A DNA stretch of 64,000 bases from Candidatus Woesearchaeota archaeon (lineage in GTDB: Archaea > Nanobdellota > Nanobdellia > SCGC-AAA011-G17 > PNOQ01), in NCBI GenBank assembly GCA_964393215.1, contig CAYMSW010000001.1, forward strand, positions 7,236-71,235. Reading direction: 5' to 3'. The translations under genes and the position numbers were made by a program. The notes beneath the pieces are model-generated. The model was given only the letters and a program-made list of their open reading frames with translations. It ran no database searches and had not been told where the DNA came from. Of this stretch, positions 1-9,630 are shown one piece after another; the first letter of the stretch is position 1, and every line of letters begins with the position of its first letter.

Positions 1-2109
1 GGAGAATCTGTCATAAGAATGGATGGAATTCTAAGAAGAAATGCCAAAACAGGTATTGGAGAATCAGTCAAGGTCAGAAAATCAGAAGTTAAAGAAGCAA
101 AGAAAGTTACAATTGCTCCAGCACAACAAGGTGTCATGATAAGAGGAGATCCAAATGGATTGAAAAGAGGATTATTAGGAAGAGCAGTAGTTGTAGGGGA
201 TATTATTTCAATAGGTGGTTCAAACAGAAGAAGATCAACATTCTCTGGAAGTCCATTCGAAGAAATGTTTGGAGATATTTTCCAAGATGTTATGGGTTCA
301 GGAGGTTTCATGGGCTCAGTTGGTAGTCTAAGATTCGTAGTTGCAGAATCAAAACCTGCAAACGTTCCAGTAATTATTACAGAAAGCACAGAGCTACATC
401 TAAGTTCAAAAAAAATAGAAATTAAAGAAGATGCAGTAGCACCAGATGTTACTTACGAAGATATTGGTGGCTTAGATGAAGAAGTAAAGAAAGTTAGAGA
501 AATGGTAGAGCTTCCAATGAAGCATCCAGAATTATTTGAAAAACTGGGTGTTGAACCGCCAAAAGGAATCTTACTTTACGGTCCTCCAGGAACAGGTAAA
601 ACTCTTTTAGCTAAAGCAGTAGCAAATGAAACTGAAGCAAATTTCATATTAGTTAACGGACCAGAAATTATGAACAAATTCTACGGAGAATCAGAAAAGA
701 GACTTAGAAAAATATTCGAAGATGCTTCTGAAAAATCACCATCTATAATTTTTATTGATGAATTAGATGCAATCGCATCCAAGAGAGAAGAAACTCAAGG
801 AGAGGTTGAGAGGAGAGTTGTTGCACAGTTACTAACATTAATGGACGGACTAAACAAAAGAGGAAACGTCGTAATCATGGCTGCAACAAACAGAGCTAAC
901 TCAATTGATCCAGCATTAAGAAGACCAGGGAGATTCGATAGAGAAATAGTATTCGGAGTTCCAAATGAAAAAGGAAGATTGACTATTTTACAAATTCACA
1001 CAAGAAACATGCCTTTAGCAAAAGGAATCAACCTAAAAGAATTGGCAAAGTTAACACACGGATTTGTAGGTGCTGACTTACAAGCGCTAGCAAAAGAAGC
1101 AGCAATGTCTGCATTGAGAAAAGTACTGCCGGAATTAAACCTAAAAGAAAAAGGAAAGTTGCCAACAGGATTTTTAGATAAAGTAAAAATTACAGAAAAA
1201 GATTTCCATGACGCACTTAAATTAGTAAGACCTTCTGCAATGAGAGAAGTTCTAGTAGAAAAGCCAAACATAAGATGGGAAGATGTTGGTGGGTTAGAAT
1301 CTGTAAAATCAGAACTAAAAGAAGCAGTTGAATGGCCGCTAAAAAATCCAGATTCATTCAAGAGACTAGGAATCAAAGCACCAAAAGGAATCTTACTCTA
1401 TGGTCCGCCGGGAACCGGTAAAACATTACTAGCTAAAGCAGTCGCAGGAGAATCTGAAGCAAACTTTATAGTTGTAAAGGGACCTGAATTGATGTCCAAA
1501 TGGGTTGGAGAGTCCGAGAAAGGAATTAGAAAAATATTCTCTAAAGCAAGAGAAGTTTCACCAACAATAATTTTATTTGATGAAATAGATTCAATGACTT
1601 CAATCGGTGGAGATACACATGAAGTAACATCAAGAGTGGTTTCACAGTTCTTAACTGAGTTAGATGGTTTGGAAGAACTTAATGATGTTGTTGTAATTGG
1701 AACAACAAACAGACCAGATAAAGTAGACTCAGCACTGTTAAGACCAGGAAGATTCGATAGGATACTTTTAGCTCCAGTTCCAGACAAAGAAAGCAGAAAA
1801 CAAATATTTAACGTACACATACAAGGAATGAAATTAGCAAAAGATGTTGACACTACAAAACTCTCAGAACTAACTGATATGTATTCTGGTGCAGATATTG
1901 ATGCAGTTTGCAGGGAATCTGGAATGATCGCACTTAGAAAAGATCTGAACGCAAAAGAAATCACAATGGGCAACTTCAAAGAGGCAGTAAATAAAATAAA
2001 ACCTTCAATAACTGAAAACGATATCAAAAAGTACAAAGAAATTGAAGAGCAATATCTAAAAGTTGCAAGAGGAGCAGCAATTAGAGAAGCACAACATTAC
2101 ATGGGTTAA
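1..2109 (+). CDS. cdc48: CDC48/VCP-like AAA+ ATPase with two AAA domains. It is 5'-partial: the open frame runs off the window start.
   Basis: Two Walker A motifs GPPGTGKT, double AAA cassettes and part of the N-domain. There is no stop codon between position 1 and the first ATG at 19. Confidence 0.9.
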   Translation, partial: GESVIRMDGILRRNAKTGIGESVKVRKSEVKEAKKVTIAPAQQGVMIRGDPNGLKRGLLGRAVVVGDIISIGGSNRRRSTFSGSPFEEMFGDIFQDVMGSGGFMGSVGSLRFVVAESKPANVPVIITESTELHLSSKKIEIKEDAVAPDVTYEDIGGLDEEVKKVREMVELPMKHPELFEKLGVEPPKGILLYGPPGTGKTLLAKAVANETEANFILVNGPEIMNKFYGESEKRLRKIFEDASEKSPSIIFIDELDAIASKREETQGEVERRVVAQLLTLMDGLNKRGNVVIMAATNRANSIDPALRRPGRFDREIVFGVPNEKGRLTILQIHTRNMPLAKGINLKELAKLTHGFVGADLQALAKEAAMSALRKVLPELNLKEKGKLPTGFLDKVKITEKDFHDALKLVRPSAMREVLVEKPNIRWEDVGGLESVKSELKEAVEWPLKNPDSFKRLGIKAPKGILLYGPPGTGKTLLAKAVAGESEANFIVVKGPELMSKWVGESEKGIRKIFSKAREVSPTIILFDEIDSMTSIGGDTHEVTSRVVSQFLTELDGLEELNDVVVIGTTNRPDKVDSALLRPGRFDRILLAPVPDKESRKQIFNVHIQGMKLAKDVDTTKLSELTDMYSGADIDAVCRESGMIALRKDLNAKEITMGNFKEAVNKIKPSITENDIKKYKEIEEQYLKVARGAAIREAQHYMG

Positions 2110-2978
2110 AAAGTAGTCTGACCTTCACCAACAATTACAGTATTCTCAGCCTGTGAAACCAAAACAGAAGGATCTTTCTCTTGTAAAACAGAATATTCCA
2201 TCAACACACCTTCTCTAACTAAATTATTCACACCAACTGCAATTTGAAACTTGTTAAACTTCTCAAGCAAATGTCTCTTAGCAAAAGGAAGTGTCTTAAA
2301 ATTCTCAGTAACAAACTTCATTATATTTCTGGCTTGCATGTTCCTAACGTTCTTGATATTCTGTAAACCGAATACCTCCGAACCCTTGCCTTCAACAACA
2401 GTCCCAGATCCAGTACTTGCGAAAGGCTCAATTGCAATCTTCTGTCCTTTCACTAACTTGGTACCGTCACCATTATCATAATTAGGAATGCTTGGAGAAT
2501 CATGAATATTATACTCACCAAGACCGTGTCCACTCAGATTACGAATGGGAACAAAACCAGCAGATTCTATCTCTTTCCCAATAACAGAACCAACTTCAGA
2601 GAGCTTTATTCCTGGCTTAATAACTTCAATTGCAGCCTTCAAAGCATTTCTAGAGGCATCCACTAACTTAGAATTTTTGCCCCCTAAATCAACTGTAATA
2701 GCGCAATCAGCTATACATCCTTCGATATGTACGCCCAAATCCAACTTAACTAAATCATCATCACCGAACTTAGAATCGTCCCCAATCAAAGCATTATAAT
2801 GGGCAGCAACATTATTCTTAGATAATTGTGTAGGAAAAGCCAATCTGCCACCAAGTTCTTTAATTTTGGCCTCAATCTTCTCAGTAACCTCAAGAACACT
2901 AGCCCCAGGTTTAACTAATTTAGAGCCATATTTTCTGGTTTCAGAAGCAATTTCTCCAGCTTTCTTCCATTTTTCCAT
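2106..2978 (-). CDS. map: Methionine aminopeptidase type 2 (M24 family). The start was moved to the internal Met MEKWKKAG.
   Basis: Motifs GHGLGEYNIHDSPSIP and AHYNALIGDD match M24 metal ligands. The length of about 290 aa is typical of archaeal MetAP2. Confidence 0.85.
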   Translation of the reverse strand: MEKWKKAGEIASETRKYGSKLVKPGASVLEVTEKIEAKIKELGGRLAFPTQLSKNNVAAHYNALIGDDSKFGDDDLVKLDLGVHIEGCIADCAITVDLGGKNSKLVDASRNALKAAIEVIKPGIKLSEVGSVIGKEIESAGFVPIRNLSGHGLGEYNIHDSPSIPNYDNGDGTKLVKGQKIAIEPFASTGSGTVVEGKGSEVFGLQNIKNVRNMQARNIMKFVTENFKTLPFAKRHLLEKFNKFQIAVGVNNLVREGVLMEYSVLQEKDPSVLVSQAENTVIVGEGQTTF

Positions 2979-3030
2979 GGCAAGAAGACAATAATAAAAC
3001 TTTAAAAACTTAATCCATAGTCTATACGCT

Positions 3031-5340
3031 ATGAAAGGGTTCATAATTTATCCAACATACAGAGTAATGAAAGACAAATCATTCGTATTCCTATTTGGTA
3101 GACTAGAAAATGGAGAATCGTTCCTAACAATAAATCAATTTGACCCATATTTCTTCATAGAAACAAAAAACCAAAAGAAAGCAGAAAAAATAGCTAAAGA
3201 TGCAAAATTCGAAAAAACAAATCTCACAAACTTCCAAAAAGAACCAGTAACAAAAATAATAGTAAACTCACCAAAAGAAGTTCCAGGAATAAGATCTGAA
3301 CTAGACAGACAAAAAATAAAAACATATGAGGCAGATATAAGGTTTCCAATCAGATTTTTGATAGATAATAATATACAAGGCTCACTAGATATAGATGGAG
3401 ACTACGAAAGCAACGATTACGTTGACAGAATTTACAAAGACCCGGACATAAAGTCAGTAGATTACACACCAACAAATCTAAAGATATTTTCATTTGACAT
3501 AGAATCAGACAAGAAAGGAAAACAACTATACTGCATCTCTGCTTATTCAAAGAATTACAAAAAATCATTCATAGTCTCAGACAAAAAATTCAGCAACTCG
3601 GTTTCCTGCAAAACAGAAGAAGAACTATTAGATAGATTCAGGGAAGAGCTGCTTAGTTTTGATCCAGACATAATCACTGGGTGGAATTTAATCAACTTTG
3701 ATCTAAACATGCTAAAAGAAAGATTCAAGAAATACGAAATCCCATTCAACTTAGGAAGAGATAATTCAATTTCAAAATTAAGAATAGAACAAAACTTCTT
3801 TAGAACAAGCAAGGCAGACATTTCTGGAAGAGTGGTTTTGGACGGAATAGATCTAACAAAATCATCTTTCGTCAAATTGGACAACTACAGATTAAACACT
3901 GTAGCAAAAGGGCTTCTAGGAAAATCAAAGATAATAGAAAAAACAGGAAAAGAAAAATACGAAGAAATAGATAGACTCTACAAAAAAGACCAAAAAAAAT
4001 TAATTGAATACAACCTACTGGATTCTGAACTAGCATATGATGTAATCACAAAAACAGTTCTAATGGATTTAGCAATACAAAGATCAAAATTAACAGGAAT
4101 GCCATTGGACAGAGTTAACGCATCTATAGCTTCTCTAGATTTCCTATACTTACAAAAAGCAAGAGAAAGAAAATTAGTAGCACCAACTGCAGATCCAAAA
4201 GAAAGAGAAACAAGAATAAAAGGCGGCTACGTAATGGAATCAAAGCCAGGAATTTACGATAACTTAATTGTTTTAGACTTCAAGTCACTATATCCTTCAC
4301 TTATCAGAACTTTCAACATTGATCCATCATCATATTTAGAAAAAAAGAAAAAAGGAGCAATAGAATCTCCAAACGGAGCGTACTTCGATTCCAAAGATGG
4401 AATTCTTCCAGAAATTATTCCAAAACTTTGGGCAGCCAGAGACAAAACAAGAGAGAAGAAAGACGAAATTGGAAGATATGCAATAAAAATCTTAATGAAT
4501 TCATTCTTTGGAGTATTAGCAAACCCTAACTGCAGATTTTATAACATAAAAATAGCAAACGCAATAACTCACTTCGGACAAGAATTAATTAAAAATACAG
4601 CAAAAATGGTTGGAGAGAAAGGATACGAAGTAATCTACTCAGACACAGATTCTATTTTCATAGACACAAAATCAGATTCGGAAAAAAAAGCAGGAGAAAT
4701 AGGGAAGAAATTAGAAAAAGAAATTAACCAATTCTACAAAAAACACATAAAAAAAGAATATAACAGAGAAAGCCGTTTAGAATTAGAATATGAAAAATTG
4801 TATACAAGATTTATGATGCCCAAGATAAGGGGCAGTGAAGAAGGAGCAAAGAAGAGATATGCAGGATTATTAAAAAAAGATGGAAAAGAAAAATTAGATA
4901 TAGTTGGACTAGAATCTGTAAGAGGAGACTGGACAGAAGCTGCAAAGAAATTTCAACTAGAACTATTGGATAGAATATTCCACAAAAAAGAAGTTACAAA
5001 ATTCGTTAAAAAATTCGTAGATGACCTAAGAGAAGGAAAATACGATGATGAGTTAATCTACAGAAAGGCTCTTAGGAAGGGGCTAGAGGGATACAAAGTA
5101 AATACTCCTCATTTAAAAGCCGCCAGAAAACTAAAAAAAATAGATTCAAGCAAAATAGAGTATTACATAACAACCGATGGACCTGAACCAATACAAGCAC
5201 TTAAACATAAAATAGATTATGAACACTATATCAATAAGCAAATAAAGCCAATTGCAGAAGCAGTTCTAGATTTTTTCGACACAAACTTTGATGAACTAAT
5301 AGAAGGGAAAAAACAAACTAACCTATTTGAGTTTAACTAA
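3031..5340 (+). CDS. polB: Family B DNA polymerase.
   Basis: Exonuclease motif FDIE, motif A DFKSLYPSLI, motif C YSDTDSIF and a KKRYAGL-like motif; 769 aa. Confidence 0.9.
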   Translation: MKGFIIYPTYRVMKDKSFVFLFGRLENGESFLTINQFDPYFFIETKNQKKAEKIAKDAKFEKTNLTNFQKEPVTKIIVNSPKEVPGIRSELDRQKIKTYEADIRFPIRFLIDNNIQGSLDIDGDYESNDYVDRIYKDPDIKSVDYTPTNLKIFSFDIESDKKGKQLYCISAYSKNYKKSFIVSDKKFSNSVSCKTEEELLDRFREELLSFDPDIITGWNLINFDLNMLKERFKKYEIPFNLGRDNSISKLRIEQNFFRTSKADISGRVVLDGIDLTKSSFVKLDNYRLNTVAKGLLGKSKIIEKTGKEKYEEIDRLYKKDQKKLIEYNLLDSELAYDVITKTVLMDLAIQRSKLTGMPLDRVNASIASLDFLYLQKARERKLVAPTADPKERETRIKGGYVMESKPGIYDNLIVLDFKSLYPSLIRTFNIDPSSYLEKKKKGAIESPNGAYFDSKDGILPEIIPKLWAARDKTREKKDEIGRYAIKILMNSFFGVLANPNCRFYNIKIANAITHFGQELIKNTAKMVGEKGYEVIYSDTDSIFIDTKSDSEKKAGEIGKKLEKEINQFYKKHIKKEYNRESRLELEYEKLYTRFMMPKIRGSEEGAKKRYAGLLKKDGKEKLDIVGLESVRGDWTEAAKKFQLELLDRIFHKKEVTKFVKKFVDDLREGKYDDELIYRKALRKGLEGYKVNTPHLKAARKLKKIDSSKIEYYITTDGPEPIQALKHKIDYEHYINKQIKPIAEAVLDFFDTNFDELIEGKKQTNLFEFN

Positions 5341-5401
5341 GGTTGACACGTTGACACAGACGCCAGTGAGCTATTTAAATTAAGTTTCTATAATTTGATT
5401 A

Positions 5402-6268
5402 ATGAAAAGAATTCCATGGAATAAAGGAAAAAAAGGATTACAAGTAGCTTGGAACAAAGGTTTAACGAAAGAGACAGACTCAAGAGTAAGAAAATATGCA
5501 TCTAAACTTCCCAAGGCAAGAAAAGGAATGAAACTTTCTGAGAGCCACAAAAGGAATATAGGAAATGCAATTAAAGGAAGAGTAGCACCAAATAAAGGCA
5601 TTCCTACTTCAGAGAAAACAAAGAAAAAATTGAGTAAACTTCTTTTAGGAAGGAAAAATCCATTCTATGGAAAAAAACATACATACGAAACAAGAAAAAA
5701 GATTTCATTATCTCGCATGGGCAAAGCTACAGGATCGAGAAACCCAAATTATATCGGGTTTGATATAGAAGAACATAAAGAGACAATAATAAACATGTAC
5801 TGGTCTGGAATGTCTGCAAACGAGATAGGCAGAAAATATGCTATTACGGGATCAACAATCTTAAAATATCTTAAAAATTGGAATATAAAACGCAGAAAAG
5901 GAGCATATGGATTTAGCGGACTATTATCATGTAAAGACAGCCATAAAGTAAGAAGTTACCCAGAACTCATAATCGATAATTTTTTGCATGAAAATGGAAT
6001 AAATCACGAAGTTGAAAAATCGTTTGATTTTAATAACAAAAAATACAAATGCGATTTTTATTTACCTGATTTGAATCTTTTCATAGAATATTGGGGAATT
6101 TATCATAATGAGAATTATTTGAAAAGAAAGGAAATAAAACTAATTTTATACAAAAAATTAAAGCTAAATCTTCTATCAATAGAATGGGACGAAAATCCGA
6201 TCGATAAACTAAAACCATTAATCCCCCTATGTGCCAAAAAACAGAAAGTATTAACAACTTTCAAGTAA
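5402..6268 (+). CDS. Free-standing nuclease resembling a homing endonuclease. It has N-terminal NUMOD3-type repeats, a helix-turn-helix, and a C-terminal restriction-endonuclease-like (PD-(D/E)xK, DUF559-like) domain.
   Basis: Three to four degenerate repeats of the form G-K-x-SE-HK-x-NIGNA-KG, NKG-P-SE-TKKKLS and GKKHTYETRKKIS. An HTH-like segment reads SANEIGRKYAITGSTILKYL. The C-terminus carries CDFYLPDLNLFIEYWG. Confidence 0.55.
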   Translation: MKRIPWNKGKKGLQVAWNKGLTKETDSRVRKYASKLPKARKGMKLSESHKRNIGNAIKGRVAPNKGIPTSEKTKKKLSKLLLGRKNPFYGKKHTYETRKKISLSRMGKATGSRNPNYIGFDIEEHKETIINMYWSGMSANEIGRKYAITGSTILKYLKNWNIKRRKGAYGFSGLLSCKDSHKVRSYPELIIDNFLHENGINHEVEKSFDFNNKKYKCDFYLPDLNLFIEYWGIYHNENYLKRKEIKLILYKKLKLNLLSIEWDENPIDKLKPLIPLCAKKQKVLTTFK

Positions 6269-6337
6269 CAACAGAATAGAAACATTTATAAACCAGAATA
6301 ATTCTCAAAAATGTAAGAAATTCAAGAGGTTTAAACA

Positions 6338-7162
6338 ATGAAAGACTACAAATTACAAGGAAATCCAGTCGTAGAAACCCCAATCGTTGGAAATTTAATA
6401 TACGATGAATTAGGGCAAGCAGTTGTAAGAAAAGTAAATGAACAATTTAAAGGCATTCAAAGAATAGAATATTCTCAAAAATTCAAGAAAAATCAAACAA
6501 TTACACATTCAAACACTCCAAGAGCATTAGCAATTAATCAAATTTTAAATGAATTAGGAGTAAATGCTCATGTTTTATCACCAGAAGAAGTAGTTCAGTA
6601 TTGGGATGCAATACCAGAAAGAGGAACAACTTATGCAGATACAAATGGTATTGTAGTTTTTCCAAACGAAGGACCAAACGAAATATTAAAACATAGAGTT
6701 TTAAGAATAGTGGGAAGAAATTCGATAGAGGATCCATTAGTTGTTTCTGAGTTAGGCGTTGAGAGAGACGATTCTTTGGAATGTGGTTTTACTTTCACAG
6801 AAACTGGAAATATTTTAGTTAGAGAGGCTCCATATCTAAAACAAGATGGAAGAGTTTCATATAATTCAGAAAAAGGAGAATTAGAATCTTCAGAAGAAGG
6901 AGTAAAAATTTGGACTCCATCAAATCAATCAGGTCTCAGGAGGCTTTACCGTAGCGGGGTTGGCGGCCTTGTTGCTAGGTTCGATGATCTGTTGGTCGCT
7001 GGCGGGGATGGTCGGGTACAATTAGTACAAGACCCGCAGGGTCTTGTCGAAAAAATTTCTGAGATTCAACTATCTTTAAAAAGAAATAAAGATGCAAGAA
7101 TTGCAGAAATAAATGAAAGACATGAAAAGGCTCAAAAATACCTGAAAACAGGTCAACTTTAA
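6338..7162 (+). CDS. DGR target (variable) protein. The VR sits at residues about 199-227. No recognisable signal peptide or C-type-lectin (CLec) motif.
   Basis: It contains the 87-bp VR, which matches the downstream TR with adenine-specific differences. The function of the rest of the protein is unknown. Confidence 0.7.
   Translation: MKDYKLQGNPVVETPIVGNLIYDELGQAVVRKVNEQFKGIQRIEYSQKFKKNQTITHSNTPRALAINQILNELGVNAHVLSPEEVVQYWDAIPERGTTYADTNGIVVFPNEGPNEILKHRVLRIVGRNSIEDPLVVSELGVERDDSLECGFTFTETGNILVREAPYLKQDGRVSYNSEKGELESSEEGVKIWTPSNQSGLRRLYRSGVGGLVARFDDLLVAGGDGRVQLVQDPQGLVEKISEIQLSLKRNKDARIAEINERHEKAQKYLKTGQL
6932..7018 (+). repeat. DGR variable repeat (VR).
   Basis: It aligns to 7412-7498 over 87 bp. 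66 positions are identical. 20 differences fall at TR adenines and 1 at a non-adenine (TR g becomes VR c at 6967). Confidence 0.8.
7030..7044 (+). promoter_or_regulatory. GC-rich hairpin (agaccc-gca-gggtct) 12 nt downstream of the VR. It is a candidate target-recognition element for retrohoming.
   Basis: Perfect 6-bp inverted repeat with a GCA loop. It is absent downstream of the TR. It is analogous to the hairpin 3' of the VR in the Bordetella phage DGR. Confidence 0.45.
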
Positions 7163-7205
7163 TTTTTTATTATCTATATTTTTTTATATTATTTCTTTTT
7201 CATTA
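7163..7205 (+). terminator. T-rich tract after the target gene. It is a putative archaeal oligo-T terminator.
   Basis: Runs of 5-7 T immediately after the stop codon. Confidence 0.3.
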
Positions 7206-7411
7206 ACAAAGTCCTAGCTTCATTATTTGGAGAATATCCTTCCTAAGGACAAACCTATGAAGAATAATGACATGGGCTACACGCTTGTTCATAAATACAA
7301 CAAGAAATGTTGTAATGAAATACAATAAAGATAGTTAGTAGCTATAAAAGATGTGTTGGAAGCTCTTTCGCGAATACTAAATTTATGGTGAAAATAAAAT
7401 ATGAATAAGCT

Positions 7412-7498
7412 AGTCTCAGGAGGCTTTACCGTAACAGGAATGACGAGCTTAATGCTAGGAACGATAATCTGTTGAACGCTAACGAGAATGGTCGAATA
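7412..7498 (+). repeat. DGR template repeat (TR).
   Basis: Its adenines sit mainly in AAC/AAT codons in the VR reading frame. 20 of its 29 adenines differ in the VR. It lies directly upstream of, and partly overlapping, the RT ORF. Confidence 0.8.
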
Positions 7499-7531
7499 GT
7501 TCATGATATCGCTAGGACACATTTAATTAAG

Positions 7532-8630
7532 GTGAACAAAATAAAAACTTACAAAAATTTATACCCTAAAATATATTCCTATAACAATCTACTTCTAGCA
7601 TACAAAAAAGCAAAGAAGAGGAAAAGTTCAAAACAATATGTAATAGACTTCCAAAAAGATAAGCAAAGTAATATACTAAACATCAAAAAAGAGCTAGAAA
7701 AACAAACTTACAAACCATCAAAATTAACAAAAATAATAGTAAGGGATCCTAAAACAAGAACAATAAACAAATCCCAATTTAAAGATAGAATAATTCATCA
7801 TGCAATAGTCAACATTTTAGAACCAATCTATGAAAAAGTTTTCATAAACGACAATTACGCAAATAGAAAAAACAAAGGAACTCTAAAAGCAATACAAAGA
7901 TTCGACAAATTCAAAAGAACAGCAAGTAATAATGGAAAATTAGTAAAATACAATAAAAACAACAACATGGTTAAAGGATACATTCTAAAAGCAGATATAA
8001 AACGTTTCTTTGAAACAATTGACCAAGATGTATTATTAAATCTCCTAAAGAAGAAAATTAAAGACAACAAACTAATCTTATTAACAAAACAAGTATTATC
8101 TAATTATGGGGGGGGGCGAAGCCAAAGGAATGCCATTAGGAAATATGACTTCACAATTCCTAGCCAATGTTTATCTAAATGGGCTAGATTACTTCATAAA
8201 ACATAAACTAAAAGCAAAATATTACATAAGATATGTTGATGATTTTATAATTTTACATTCTTCAAAACAACAACTAGTCAAATGGAAAAAGGAAATAAGT
8301 AACTTCCTAAACAATGAATTAAAATTAGAACTACACAAAGATAAAACTAAAATATTTTCAATGTACAGAGGAACTAATTTCTTAGGATACAAATTATTCT
8401 ACAATTTCAAATTATTAAGAAAAAGAAACATAAATACATTCAAAAAAAGACTGAATAACAAAGTTAAAGAATACAAAAACAACCAATTGGACAAAGAAAA
8501 ACTATTAAGTAGCATTGATGGCTGGTTTGGATACGCCCAACATGCAAATACTTATAATTTAAGAAAGAGTATATTAAAAGAAATAAAGCTCACAAAAAAC
8601 GACAAACAAACAACTTTATTCGGATTTTAA
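7532..8630 (+). CDS. DGR reverse transcriptase, about 366 aa. It is interrupted by a frameshift in a 9-G run (8108-8116), so the ORF track shows two ORFs (7472-8206 and 8106-8630).
   Basis: RT domain 0 (YSYNNLLLAYKKAKK), domains 1-2 (RDPKTRTINKSQFKDRIIHHAI), domain 3 (ILKADIKRFFETID) and motif 4 (GMPLGNMTSQFLANVYL, with SQ rather than SP). Motif 5 is YVDD and domain 7 is LGYKL. There is no maturase or endonuclease domain. A likely GTG start lies at 7532 after the TR. Confidence 0.75.
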
Positions 8631-8631
8631 A

Positions 8632-9630
8632 ATGGGTGTAGCAATAACAGAATTACTACCAAAAAAAGAAATAGAAGTTAGTTCACTAGCAGGAAAAAAG
8701 TTAGCAGTAGATACTAGCAACGTTATATACCAATTTCTCTCATCAATAAGACAAATGGATGGAACTTCATTAATGGATTCTAAAGGAAGAGTAACTTCCC
8801 ACTTAATGGGCTTATCGACAAGAATACCTAACTTAATGGAACAAAATCTAAAACTCTGTTTCGTATTTGATGGAAAAGCTCCAAGAATGAAATTAAAAGA
8901 GCAACAAAACAGAGAAAACAGAAAGAAGAAAGCAGAGGAAAAATACGCAAAAGCATCAGAAGAAAGAGATGCAGAATCTATGCTAAAATACAGCAAACAG
9001 TTCATAAGAATGGACAAAAAAATTGTAGAAGAATCAAAAGAGTTCATACAAGCACTAGGATTACCAATCATCCAAGCACCATCTGAAGCGGAAGCACAGG
9101 CATCATTTATGGCAGAAAAAAAAGATGTTTATGCAGTAGTAAGTCAAGATACAGATTCATTAATTTATTCAACACCAAGAACAATAAGAAACCTAACTTC
9201 GTCTGGAAAAAGAAGGATAGGTGGATTATACGTTTCAGTAAAACCAGAGATGATAGAACTAAAGGAAACACTAAAAACACTAAAAATAAACCAAGATCAA
9301 TTACTTGCGCTTTCTATTTTAGTTGGAACCGATTATAATCCAAAAGGCGTAAAAGGAATAGGTCCCAAAACAGCCCTAAAACTTGTCAGAGAACACAAAA
9401 AGTTCGATAAGATCTTTTCCAATGTGGAAGCAGAGTTCAACTGGAAAGAGGTTTACGCCACATTCAAAAACATGCCAGTAATAAAGAATTACAAATTAAA
9501 GTGGACAGGGCCAGACCTAACAAAAATAGAAAAAATATTATCATCAAGAGAATTCTCAGAAGACAGAATTAACAAATTAATAGAAAGATTAAAAGGAAAA
9601 AAACAGAAAAGTTTAGATAAGTGGTTTTAA
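8632..9630 (+). CDS. fen: Flap endonuclease FEN-1.
   Basis: N-terminus MGVAITELL...KLAVDTSNVIYQFL, a VFDGKAP motif and an H3TH region GIGPKTALKLV. Confidence 0.9.
   Translation: MGVAITELLPKKEIEVSSLAGKKLAVDTSNVIYQFLSSIRQMDGTSLMDSKGRVTSHLMGLSTRIPNLMEQNLKLCFVFDGKAPRMKLKEQQNRENRKKKAEEKYAKASEERDAESMLKYSKQFIRMDKKIVEESKEFIQALGLPIIQAPSEAEAQASFMAEKKDVYAVVSQDTDSLIYSTPRTIRNLTSSGKRRIGGLYVSVKPEMIELKETLKTLKINQDQLLALSILVGTDYNPKGVKGIGPKTALKLVREHKKFDKIFSNVEAEFNWKEVYATFKNMPVIKNYKLKWTGPDLTKIEKILSSREFSEDRINKLIERLKGKKQKSLDKWF

Larger units (their letters stand above)
6338..8630 (+). mobile_element. Diversity-generating retroelement cassette: target gene, VR, TR and RT. No avd gene is present.
   Basis: The VR/TR pair has 20 A-specific mismatches. 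The RT motif 4 reads TSQ, typical of DGR RTs. The layout is target-VR ... TR-RT. Confidence 0.8.

Noticed and set aside
996-2036. Minus-strand ORFs (126 and 212 aa) inside the cdc48 gene.
   Set aside because: They are antisense to a strongly supported AAA+ ATPase and have Ser/Phe-rich low-complexity translations typical of antisense frames in AT-rich DNA.
2251-2799. Plus-strand ORFs of 76 and 84 aa within the map gene.
   Set aside because: They are antisense to methionine aminopeptidase and have no motifs.
7289-7522. 77-aa minus-strand ORF between the DGR target and the RT, considered as a possible Avd accessory gene.
   Set aside because: It is antisense to the TR and to the RT start. It lacks the basic, helical Avd-like character. 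It is most likely a spurious ORF.
7472-7531. TTG-initiated N-terminus (MNANENGRIV...) of the RT ORF as called in the six-frame track.
   Set aside because: These codons are simply the in-frame translation of the template repeat. The RT more plausibly starts at GTG 7532 (or nearby), just before domain 0 (YSYNNLLLAYKKAKK).
6338-8630. Interpretation of the RT region as a group II intron or a retron.
   Set aside because: There are no ribozyme domains and no maturase or endonuclease domain. Motif 4 is TSQ, which is DGR-type. A cognate repeat pair with adenine-specific mismatches is diagnostic of a DGR.
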